Origin: Nemertoderma westbladi
Lineage: Eukaryota > Animalia > Xenacoelomorpha
Reading direction: 5' to 3'
Length of the DNA: 64,000 nt
Assembly: GCA_032718475.1 (NCBI GenBank)
Contig: JAUCBJ010008122.1
Coordinates: forward strand, 1-64,000
Part shown: positions 37,101-46,835 of the stretch, piece after piece
How positions within the stretch are numbered: position 1 is the first letter of the stretch
Layout: each line of letters starts with the position of its first letter
Position numbers and translations under genes: made by a program
Notes under the pieces: generated by a model
Database searches by the model: none
What the model was told of the DNA's origin: nothing
Seen by the model: only the letters and a program-made list of their open reading frames with translations

Positions 37101-39053
37101 GAGGACAGCGGGAAAGACACTGACAGATCTTATTATGTCAATAAAATGCCTAAAGATCAGGTAAGTAAATCCAAGTCTCGACCCAATGACAGAAGGGAAC
37201 CGGTACAAAAAACCCCTCCTACGTCTCCTAAAAGAATTCAGGTGAGAAAGCCCGAGGAAAGAACAAGTGTGCACCACACAGCACATGTTAAAGTAAGTAA
37301 CATCAAGCCCAAATGTGTGCTGTGCGACGGGCCCCACCGTTTAAATGCGTGTGATAAATTCCTGAGGAAATCACTAAAGGATAGACGTGAAGTCATGTGG
37401 GATAAGCGGTTGTGTTACAATTGCCTCAGACGAGGACACCAACGGCGAACCTGTTACTCCGACGCAAGGTGTGCAAAGAGCGGCGCAAAACATCATATCT
37501 TGTTGCACACGGCATTCGAACGAAACAGCCCGAGTCAGGTAAGTGAGTCCGAACTACATGTCCAATTCAGTGATGTGAACGACACTGATCAATCTGAGAT
37601 GGAAGGATTCTATACGGACGAGTTCTCCGACCAAAACGAATCCTGTTACCTAATAAACACCACCGCAGTGTATCGAGCACTCATGCATGAGAAAGACACA
37701 GACAGCGACCTTACCTTAACTACTTCTGATCAACAACCATCTTGGAAAGCGCCAACTTCCAATATAGGAATCCGAGAATTTCCTGTAGTCCAGTTACGGG
37801 TCCACGGACCTCAGAAGAGCTATATAGTGAACGCCCTCCTGGACTCCGGTAGCACAGGAACATTCATCGATAAAGAACTAGCCGAAGTCATCTTTGCTGG
37901 ACAACCCAAGTTCCGAACCAAGCTAAACATGTCAGGGATCATGCAGGTTTGGAATTCTACTGTAGCTGCCGACTATTATATAGGTGAGTTGTCCACTCCA
38001 CAGGATAAACTAGGAGAATACAGTATAAGGTCAGTAAAAATGGTGGCAATAAAGAACTTCTCTACCACCCAAGTGGAACCTTATAATTGGGACGAAGATG
38101 ATCATGTCCAACAACTTAACATCCCTAGATTCGACACCGATTATCCTGGAGTACAAATATTAATCGGTCAAAACGCGCATGAGGCGCTGGAGACATTAGA
38201 GAAACGACCTACTCAACCGCAACCACTTCAGACCTACGCGGTAAGAACTAGAGTAGGTTGGTACCTTACTGGACCTTCCCGAAGAACGCTCAGAGAAAGA
38301 CTGCTTCAAGATCGCGTCTGCCAGGTGAGTGAATGGGAAGATGATACTAGTGAGGGAGACGACCCAACTGAGGGAACACCATACTCCTCAGATAATGACG
38401 ATATTAGCTCCAATGTAGATCAATGGAGATATTGCCCCAAGAAGTTTAATCCAACTGACATCGCTTCCAGAGGAGCAACTCCTCAAGAACTGACAGATAC
38501 TACAGACCGGTTAGGTGAACCCGACTTCCTGAGTAAGGAGGATGAATGGCCTCCCCATCTTACTCCGGCTGAGATTAGACAAGCCAAGGGAGCGGAGAAA
38601 GTCAAACCTAAAACCCGGACGGGTGGATCGGAGTTATTTGAACCCGGGATAGATCTGTCGGTATTACATATTGCCAGTGACAACGCCGTGGATCTGGACC
38701 TCCCCACCGCGAGTGGATCCTTCATGAAGATCAGAGAGAGCGATTGGAGCTCTGGAACATCAGACGTCTCGCAGGGACTCTCACCTCTCCTGCAGGGAGC
38801 GACGGACCACTATAGCTCCTGGAATCGGCTTTGTAACGCCGTCATATACTTTGAGCGATGTTTCTATCGTCACTATTCCAGGACGAAGAGGAAACCTGGA
38901 ATTGTATTCGGGATGCAGCGACTCAATCACCCAGTCGGTCGTTTGTGTTTACCGGAAGGGAATGGAGGACTCTCCGGAAACTGTGGAAGGCAAGATTCTC
39001 TTCCCACGACCACCTCCCTAATCCTTCAAACATCTAGGGACTCCATAACGTAA
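34122..39053 (+). CDS. BEL/Pao Gag-protease polyprotein with internally deleted pol, 1643 aa
   Basis: DUF1759-like Gag (KFNGDEMKWLPF...EKLRFLIECLEG...WDTLNIRYG), BEL triple zinc knuckle (CVLCDGPHRLNAC...LCYNCLRRGHQRRTC...HHILLH), aspartic protease ALLDSGST...ILIG...RTRVGWYLTG, then directly the RNase H tail WRYCPKKFNPTDIASRG. No YxDD and no integrase core. Confidence 0.92.
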   Translation: MSDTKQNLSDSLLDVTICDSDRGVEPSSRKFSSPPTVRKVIPPVVITEPRLVQHRRSIIGTRAQVKRDQEAAEQQQPASQELTSQRPNSSSSEDTVELTPERGAKMMDAVYSDPLLILPAAVLTRLLIAVEEHQIDWARSQRSTRDSYAGYTREELKSIVESQWNFPGPGLPFDLSEAAWEDIHRMGVANETIDPAVWKRSAAGYAQGFFSSMERVEKQLLQQPQGPQEQGQLLYQVRERILRIRLILSAFEEASKRRQDPSLQVAVKTWFQRVSRQVQGTARWKAQLEERSTHGESTDATFSQVESEATAEKPHKRDAIDIYLSDYQRFLGDDELRRRLEGLSPNSEGTKLVLDAIDVEMRAANQAKFDEQLRITRVQEEQVKKKRIEDRKAAAVAAAVAAAEAERKAAAAEAAAEAKVAAAEAKAAAEAERKVAEAVAEAERRAAEETTQLELENIQENQDCINKQLTASNMQMMNRSTPKRQGYTSSEEGDTTDTEGKENRSRLSRRKRTFHRQKLPDLPPAVRRQLNNTNLGSTEPTDQIIKIERLPTIVDEPEIIRPVLEITPSVIDTPVLPEVTSKFPLHSTKLSVPSRTAHETVQVLDPERNIHDLSPVVPRPPATTLATPASAVEWVDERRRGMDLLLGQMQETVQQFKGTVRESRLELQEVQQSIALERDKLVNLQKGISPPPVTMCQPVRSEVSHAQGVEPTRIYTASEVETPIVNPIKGNYKPVDNDISSRLDNNPRNLYTDNSLFNNAMAQESFTRQMARTEARQAVKVGEIVKFNGDEMKWLPFNEYYKDNIQNSVLSNGEKLRFLIECLEGPPKSMALKFIGHPDGLRQVWDTLNIRYGNRTNIARYLYAKLMAPRKFLSSGIIEFSDEIQEICRQLDWLGKSHEYQNSMVVGALASTLPKGGVGTRWDKKVLYMMEQQQRDPTMADLMSFLDSEVKLQLIKQSREKTAESKVSEKPVSRRRVTPVCYTDDGESQTSQGEDSGKDTDRSYYVNKMPKDQVSKSKSRPNDRREPVQKTPPTSPKRIQVRKPEERTSVHHTAHVKVSNIKPKCVLCDGPHRLNACDKFLRKSLKDRREVMWDKRLCYNCLRRGHQRRTCYSDARCAKSGAKHHILLHTAFERNSPSQVSESELHVQFSDVNDTDQSEMEGFYTDEFSDQNESCYLINTTAVYRALMHEKDTDSDLTLTTSDQQPSWKAPTSNIGIREFPVVQLRVHGPQKSYIVNALLDSGSTGTFIDKELAEVIFAGQPKFRTKLNMSGIMQVWNSTVAADYYIGELSTPQDKLGEYSIRSVKMVAIKNFSTTQVEPYNWDEDDHVQQLNIPRFDTDYPGVQILIGQNAHEALETLEKRPTQPQPLQTYAVRTRVGWYLTGPSRRTLRERLLQDRVCQVSEWEDDTSEGDDPTEGTPYSSDNDDISSNVDQWRYCPKKFNPTDIASRGATPQELTDTTDRLGEPDFLSKEDEWPPHLTPAEIRQAKGAEKVKPKTRTGGSELFEPGIDLSVLHIASDNAVDLDLPTASGSFMKIRESDWSSGTSDVSQGLSPLLQGATDHYSSWNRLCNAVIYFERCFYRHYSRTKRKPGIVFGMQRLNHPVGRLCLPEGNGGLSGNCGRQDSLPTTTSLILQTSRDSIT

Positions 39054-39594
39054 CAACATATGGAGTGGGTGTGTGACTCTATTTTTTTATATTATTTTAT
39101 TATTTTTATATTTCTGTATGTATTACTATGTAATTTTATTATAATCGTTTTCTTTAATTTTATTCAGTAGAATGTTATTTTAGCGATTATTTAGTAGATT
39201 AGTGCAATATATTCGTGTTTATTGCGTACGTAATTACTTATATTATATTTAGTGCGATGGCGAGAAATAATTCTTTTCCTCCTTCCTTACTGTCCGTATT
39301 ACATTACAAATACGTAACTACAGTAAGATGAAATGTCCGTACTTATTAAAGTACAATAAAGCCACTACTATATTCAAGTATTATTGGTAGGCAGAGTATT
39401 AGGAATGCAAAGTTCAGATCCTCGTGTCTCGGCTAAACCAAGCTCTGGGTAGACCTTGGAAACGACTTGCCTCTTCACACTGACATTGCTTCGTGCGATA
39501 TTGCTCTCATACCGTATATTAAATAATACATATAGTAGCGTGATGTCCCTTTAACAGTAGCGTACAACGCAAATTAATCTGTTAAACCCTTTGA

Positions 39595-39900
39595 CCATCT
39601 GCAATTCTAGTCGATTAAGATATCGCGGCACCCACCGATATACTTGAAAGACAAATTTTAGAATCAGTGGTTAACGTCCCCAGACAAGTTCTGGAATAAA
39701 TCGGTGCCCATCTCAAATATTAATTATTTAATATTTGCAAATCTAATAAATCAAAATCTGTAAAATTCAGATCCTTCAACAATTCTAGTCAATTAAGATA
39801 TCGTAGCATTTACCGATATTCTTAAAAAGACAATTGTCATAGAATTAAGGATCTTGTGCCCCCAGACATATTCTAGAATCAAAATATGTCCATTTAATTA
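39595..39900. repeat. Diverged ~180-bp tandem duplication in the LTR element 3' internal region
   Basis: CAATTCTAGTC.ATTAAGATATCG...CCCCAGACA..TTCT.GAAT at about 39602 and 39780. Confidence 0.65.
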
Positions 39901-40709
39901 TTAAATAATAAAATTTCAGGGAATAATTTAAATTCATGCCTTTTAATGAATTTAATAAATTGCCATTTTTACGCAATTTATAACATTCCCAAAATTCCAT
40001 TAATTAATAGATCACGGGAGCGGAGATTTATCTTATCATGCGTATGAGTGTGCGAAAGTCTTCCAAACATAGTCCATAGCCGATAAAATTCATAAAGTCA
40101 TGTATAAAACAGGACATTGACCATTAAAGAATTACTATTAAATAACATCCCAGATCTGTATGCATTGGAATTACCCTAATTCTACCGCTAGCTTTACATA
40201 ATGTCACCATAGCAACAACCACGCTAGAATTAGAATTGAGTTAAAAGAACAATAGAAAGCTTGTCCCATTGAATAGCATAGGGAATAAATAGCGCACTGC
40301 TAGTATCCAAGGATACATAATAATACAGTGACATTCTGGAAGGCATTGACTAACGGACAAATGGCCCGAGTGTGTGTAATTTGTGACAAGTTGTGTGTGT
40401 GGTATTTGTGAGTTTATAGGCGAATGTTACTACTAAGGTGTGTTTACAGTAGCGAGTCGCAATTGTGAAAGTAACCCTAACTCTCCAGTAAGAACCTGAG
40501 GTGTATCTAAGCCTTTGGGACGGACAGTCGAGTGACTTGTGCCGGTTGTCGTTGTCGTTGTGCGGCTACGTCGTTGGCGAAAGTACAGCGGCGACGACAC
40601 ATCGGCGCTGAGGATCTCGCACTGTCCGGGGGCTAATTGGGGTAGGCAGCGACGCTCACTAGCCTAAATATAAACTCCTTATAATATGGATAAACTCATA
40701 TATAGCAGA

Positions 40710-42091
40710 TATGACGGAGTTGATAGAAGATGGTCTTGGTATCAGGGAGCGATATACTCTACTTTCAAGCGTTTGTTGATAGCTTGATACGCGGTGATAC
40801 TAGTCCAACTACTACGAAGGATGATGGTCGTTATATCGAACCTACGATTTCCTGGAAGTAACTTACGCGTGAATTGGACTATGGAAAATTCACCGCTTGC
40901 TACACGCATTGTAATGGTACGTATATGGACTTCTTAACCATTGGCCATTCTATCGATTTACACGATACGGACTATGTCGAACATATCCTACCCAGAGGAG
41001 TCGAAACGATAAACCAAAATTCTAATGCGAAAATCCTATTCGAAATCGACTCGAAAGAAAAGACATTAAAGAAACAAATAAACGCGGTAACTCCAACATA
41101 TATTTGGAATTCTTGATAGAAGCATTGTAACAACAAATAAATATCATCCGCGTTTCCCCTACCAGACGTGCGTCTTTGGTATTATTACGATAAATGCCCT
41201 AGACCCAGCAAATAAACGGAAAGACATAAACATCCACGGAAACGTTGTGTTAAACACAGTTGTGCTCGTTATATTTACTGGAGTTTCGAGCGAAACTTGT
41301 TTGACGTATCACCTATGCTCACTCGGCTCGAACGATCCTGGAGTAAACCTACGATCAGAGTCCCGGAATACTCGGTCAAACCTCCTCATTCCTTAGTTGG
41401 ACCTCAGACCTGCGATCCTGGTGGTGTCGCGGATCCTCGCGGACTGTATTCACTGTTCAAAGATCTAGTGCTACCCTAACAATTAATCGGTAACACTCCG
41501 ACAGTGATTTCTAGCTAGCCGCCCATCTTACCTAGCCGGATTGTGACGCGGACACCTAATATCACTATCCAACCGTATGGTCGTTCCCGTTTAACGCGAT
41601 ACAACCCTTCATCAAGGTGAAGGAGAGCGTTGTACGAAACGAGTTAAACGCTATTCTATAAAGATCAAAAAAGAAACCTGCGTTTGTTCAGATAAACGTA
41701 AGTTATAACAGTAAGTCCAATCGATAAACGAATTGGCCTTATCTCAGTTCGATTGGGAAATCTCGAATCTCTAAGAAGATATCAAGCTTAGAAAACCCTA
41801 TTCTCTGCGAGAGTTTTGGACGAACGTATCCCATGACAAGCGGAGGAAAATCAGCTCGAGGAGAAGCATATCGAAATGGACGAGACACCGACCGTAAACC
41901 CAAACCTTCTAATGCAATTGTATTGCACCCTTTACCCAGGAGTTATAGCCTTTCCAGTAAAGTGGCTCGCCCCAAAGAGAAAAGGACTCTTGCTGGCCTC
42001 TGGAAACTGCGTGAACGCCGTCCGCGCAAGAAAAACTAACTGTTTAGAGTATCTTTATATTTTAGAAACTGTGATTTGTTATATTTTATAG
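40710..42091 (+). pseudogene. Possible decayed second ORF of unknown function inside the LTR element
   Basis: Higher-GC, coding-like stretch whose short ORFs (40874, 41297, 41876) extend through isolated stops and a few frameshifts; no motif recognised. Confidence 0.4.
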
Positions 42092-42117
42092 ACTTAAATC
42101 CCATTTTCTGGGAGCGG

Positions 42118-43317
42118 TGTAAAAGCTTTTGCGTAATTAGCCGGTTATTTTCCCGTAAAGTACTCTGTAGTTGGTTTACCAGGCATAAAAAGGCCGTGTC
42201 CTTACTGTACTGGTGTTTTAGAGGACATAAAAGTCATTTCTTCTGTATGTGTACTTTAAAGGACATAATCCGTAATTTCGTGACGCAATAGCTGGATACT
42301 CTTGAAAACAGTGTCGCTACCATGACGACGGCTAACAGCTGATATTGCCACGTCGACATTTCTTTGTTTCTTTGTTCTCTCTTAGTTCAGTCAGCCAATC
42401 AGAGCATTTTTATGGCTCTTGTACAGAAATTTCCTAGAAATCACGCAATTCATTATGGGCAGTGTTTACATTCTGTCCTGAGCCAGTAAAGAACGGCTTT
42501 GGAGTATTTGTGCTTTTCTGCTTTAGCCTAACACTAGTAGGCTTAATTATAAGGACATATATCCGTTATCTGGGTAACTCAATGTTATCTGTTTACATTC
42601 TGTTAACTGGCCCATACTGTGCAACTTAACTTAACATTACTGCTTTGCTGTCGGTTATTCATTATATTTGTTGATGAATTATTATATTTGGAATAACGAG
42701 AAATACCCCCGAAACCCAATATTCTTGATATACCGAAGGTAAGAGAGAAAGGTTACATATAACGATTGCGACTTATGTTAAAGTGGTTTGAAGTGAATCT
42801 AATGTTATTTGATAGACCCTACATGAGTCGGTCTGTGTTCCTTTTATATGTGACTAAAATCAGTGAAGATCGGCAGATTAGTGTGCAGTATTGTGCAGCA
42901 TTGTGTATGAGTGAGACTGATAACGAAGCATTTCCTAAAGAATGCGCCATATATGTGAATTGTAACTAAGCCATATCGTTGTGAGTAGTTTAAGTCATAA
43001 CTCTGTTTATATAGATAGAGCGCCACGTCCTAAAGGAACTGTTAATATTCCCCGAAGGTGACTATTCCCCGAAGGTGAATAATATTGTCAGAGATTATAT
43101 AATACTGTCAGTCGAATAATACATTAGGCTTACATAGCAATACGATTAAGCCGTCGAAGTCAATCTCCCGGGTATATCCAACGGGTGAATGATCGCGCAC
43201 AGATTGGTTTCAACTAGTGTAGTGAATCAAATACTTGTTAGAGGCTAAAGCGATTTATTATCTAGAAGACATCCTAATTTGGCGGGTTAAACTGCCAAAG
43301 GTCTGAAAGCGCGAACA
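42118..43317 (+). repeat. 3' LTR (1200 bp)
   Basis: Same as the 5' LTR by eye except for a 17-nt duplication (TATTCCCCGAAGGTGA-C) at 43046-43078. Confidence 0.95.
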
Positions 43318-43862
43318 GAGTGATAACTTGTTGTCTAGTAGCCATTCACTGAGTTTTTGGAGTTCATTATTAACTGTTAATACTAAAGAGTTTGTATTAG
43401 AATGTGTGTGCAGTAGGTTAGTGTCGTCAGCAAAAAGCGTAGTGAGGGATGTGCAGTTTGGTAAGTCATTCATATAAAGTAAAAAGAGTGTACTGTTTAG
43501 TATAGCGCCTTGTGGAGTACCACAGAGGGGGGTTAGAGGGTCGGATTGTATATTATTTAGAACGACTGTGTGTGATCTGTCAGTAAGAAAGCTCTTGAGT
43601 AGATCGTGTGGGAGGCCTCTTATTCCGTAACTGTTTAGTTTTTTTAATAATATCCCGTGGTCTAAAGTGTCAAATGCCTTCTTCAAGTCAATATAAATTA
43701 TACAACCAGTATTCTGTGAGTCTAGTGCTTCTTGTAGGCGTTCTGTTATTGTTAGTATGGCATCTGTCGCAGTTAATTTTTTTCTAAATCCGTATTGAGA
43801 GTCGCATAATATAGAGTATTTGTTTAGGTAGCTCAGTAGTTGTGTATTAATTATCCGTTCGT
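43318..43862 (-). mobile_element. CR1/L2-like LINE, RT core
   Basis: QYGFRKK, IYIDLKKAFDTLDHGILLKKL..YGIRG, GTPQGAILNSTLFLLYMNDL, LFADDT. Confidence 0.93.
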
Positions 43863-44624
43863 GATGATGATGATGATGATCGGCTTGCACTAGGGTGCAG
43901 TGCCGGCGGCCCCAGAAACATAGCGCCCCCAGATCTTGCGGTCAGCCATACAATTTCCTAATTCATTCCTGTTCTCAAGTCCTGTGTCCTTGAGCAGGCG
44001 TTTGAGGAAAGTCATTAGCTGTCCACCACGTCTATTCTCGCCAGCAGGCTGCCACAGCACAAGGTTGTGTACAGGTTGATCCTGCCGGTGGAAACGTTGC
44101 CCAGCAAGCATTAGACGGCGTTTCTGCAGGGTGATGCTAGGTCTTGGCAATGAGATGTTACCATATTTATATAACACCTCATTGCTTATGTGTGCATCAT
44201 ATGCTATGTTGTGCACCCGGCGAAGCATCCTGGTGTATGTGCCATCCAAGGACCTGGTGTCTTCAGCAGTTAGAGCCCAGCATGGGCTGCCATAGAGCAG
44301 CACAGGCTCCACTGCTGCACGGAAAAGGCGTACCTTTAAAGAGCATGAGATGTCAGAGCTCTTCCAGATCCTGGATAGCTTGTGGATGGCGGACCAGGCT
44401 TTCCCTTTGCGAATTCGGAGATCTTCAGCAGACCTCCGAACCCATGATCCAAGGTACTGTAGCAGAAGTCGTTCACATGACTTACCAGTCCATCCAGCGA
44501 TTGAATGTTATCCCGATCAATTTTCTGCTGATCTGAATCCATGTTCACTGTCAGAATTTTGGTCTTTGTGCTATTCACAAAGAGGCCAACACTAGATGCA
44601 GCCTCCTCTAAGCTAGATAGCAGC
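43863..44624 (-). mobile_element. 5'-truncated RTE-like LINE (762 bp) with (CAT)n tail
   Basis: GLFVNSTKTKIL, frameshifted YLGSW...IRKGKAW...LSRIWKS...LKVRLFRAAVEPVLLYGSPCWALT...TRMLRRV; tail at 43863-43880; 43-bp TSD at 43820-43862 and 44625-44667. Confidence 0.88.
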
Positions 44625-45420
44625 TTGTTTAGGTAGCTCAGTAGTTGTGTATTAATTATCCGTTCGTATAATTTACTAAATAGTGGTAGAATAGATATGG
44701 GACGGTAATTATTTTTGTACGTAGGATCTCCAGTTTTGTAAATGGGTGTAATTTTCGCACGTTTTAATATTTTGGGGAAGAAGCCATGTTGTATTGATAA
44801 ATTAATTAAATATTTTAAATGGGGAGCTAGATCGTAAGCGGCTATTTTAATTAATTTAATTGGAAATTTGTCATTGGTGGCACAGTTGTTGTCTAAGTCT
44901 AATATATTATATATTACTTCCGTTTCAGTAGTTTCAGATAAGTAAAATGAATTTGCTTTGCGGTGAGTTATAAAACGAGTTGGATTTCTATTACTTTTTG
45001 GAATATTTTCAGATAATTTTGTACCTACGGTGGCAAAGTGTTCGTTAAATATATTAGCAATTTCGTTGGAATTAGTTACTTCTTGTGGACCTTTTGATGT
45101 AGTGATTATTAATTTTTTGGGTGCATTTAGATTTTTTCGCTTATTTATTGCTTGATTAATGGTTTCCCAGGTTTTTTTCATGTTACATTTATACTTTTCA
45201 AATTTTGATGCATAATATTGTTTTTCAGCTGATCTAAGGATTTTCGTCAATTGATTACGGTATGTTTTATATTGTTGTTGATTTTGTAGTGTAGGATTCT
45301 TAGATTGAGTTGCGTAAAGTTTATTCTTTTTTATTGTTTTTTTATTGTTATGTGTTTTATTGTTTTTTAGGAATCTCATTCTTTATTAAGTTTATTTTGG
45401 TAGGTGTTTATGTTTGTCGT
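44625..45420 (-). mobile_element. CR1/L2-like LINE, 5' remaining part of ORF2 (5'-truncated, no endonuclease seen)
   Basis: YKTYRNQLTKILRSAEKQYY...KKTWETIN...IANIFNEHFATVG...LINLSIQHGFFPKILKRAKITPIYKTGD...NYRPISILPLFSKLYER. Right boundary approximate. Confidence 0.9.
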
Positions 45421-45973
45421 TCTGAATTTCCATTTCTAATACTATTGTAACTACAGTAGATGCTCTGTAAATGTCGTTTTTAAACAAGAAAGAGAACAAA
45501 TGTTTGATATAATTCAACTGTAAACTATGGTGGCCCTGAGCGGCCAGTTTTGAAATCTTTTTTTTGGTTTCCCCGACTTTTGCAAACTCATTCGAACGAC
45601 TTTACAAAACAAATCTAATTTACTAGAGTGGTTTTTACTGTATACCGACAAACGTCCAATCAAGTTTGCTTCCCCGAGGCAAAAACGCATTCGGGGCAAA
45701 CAAAAAAATTACAAAAACAAACTTTTGTTTTCCTGAGTTTTGTAAAGTCTTTTGAACGAGTTTGCAGTAGTCGGGGTTACCGCACTCTGTTTGTATAGAA
45801 ACCATACTCCAACCAATTAGATTTGTGTCCCCGAGTTTTTTTTTATAAAGTGGTTTCGAGCAAACGGATTTGCAAACAAAAAAATAAGATAGGACTACCG
45901 GTAACAAAGCTGACCCACCATAGAACACATCCTTTTCCCTAAATTTGTGCTATACTGTATGTACTGTAGTAGT

Positions 45974-46804
45974 CAGTGGCGGATCTAGGATTTCTCCAAG
46001 GGGGGGGGGGGGGGGGGGGGGGGGGGGGATTATATATCATCTATTATAGGATCATTCCATGTAAAGTGCGGGACATTCGTACGACCTTTTGTGCATACTT
46101 TAGTACTGTACATCAAGAAAATGAACTAAAATGTTATAATGCTTGTGTTTCTTAGAAAAACCAATTATCGGTTATGTATAAAAAAAGCAGTTTGGAAAAC
46201 CTGCAGCAGTTTATGTCTCAGAATTATTGCTTCAAAAAATTGTAAAGTGCGGGACGCGTACGAAAGTGAAATTCTCAACTGCCAACTTCATTGCTAAAGT
46301 TCAGCGAATTGGGTAAAGTTAGTGGGAAATCTTTTGTTCCGTGATGTTCCTAGATATGTAGGGAAAATAAATTAGCCTTTAGTAAGATGGTAGGTAACAT
46401 CAATGAAACAGGGGAGTAGTTTAAGTGCAGCAAAGACATGTAAAGTGTGGGACATTTCACTGTAAAGTGCGGGACACGTGCGATTTTATCATTTATAAAC
46501 ACATTAAATCGTTAATTATTACATTTTTCCGGCTAAATCAGTGATAGTTATAAACTTTTCAGTGAGATTGCCACATACTGTATAATTTGAACTTAAAGAT
46601 AAATGAATGACAATGCAACTAGCCCTAACCAAAATACTAAACCTAACCTACCAAACCTAGTTGGCCCTGTAAAGCCCCTTACTATACTATGTACATGTAT
46701 ATATGTGACTGCCTGTCAAGTAAATGTTCAAGTATTTAAAGTATACAATTCCACTGGAGGTCCGGCCTATAGTAGGCCTACAGTGCACACTGTAATGATG
46801 AGGC

Positions 46805-46835
<31 letters not shown>

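Larger units (their letters stand above)
29821..43317 (+). mobile_element. BEL/Pao-superfamily LTR retrotransposon, non-autonomous, 13,497 bp
   Basis: TGT...ACA LTRs, 5-bp TSD GAGTG (29816-29820; 43318-43322), purine tract GGGAGCGG (42110-42117) before the 3' LTR, BEL-type Gag-protease ORF. Confidence 0.95.

Noticed and set aside
43258-43890. ORF starting MQADHHHHHH (His-tag-like, possible vector)
   Set aside because: The His run is the (CAT)n tail of the RTE insertion read into the host LINE RT frame.
44336-45379. 347-aa ORF as a single novel RT
   Set aside because: Chance in-frame fusion of the CR1/L2-like ORF2 with the truncated RTE fragment at the TSD.
45480-45945. Possible Helentron/HINE-like element, and similar CGCTTCGCT hairpin motifs near 530, 8350, 20630 and 48050
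   Set aside because: The motifs are suggestive, but I could not define boundaries or diagnostic termini.
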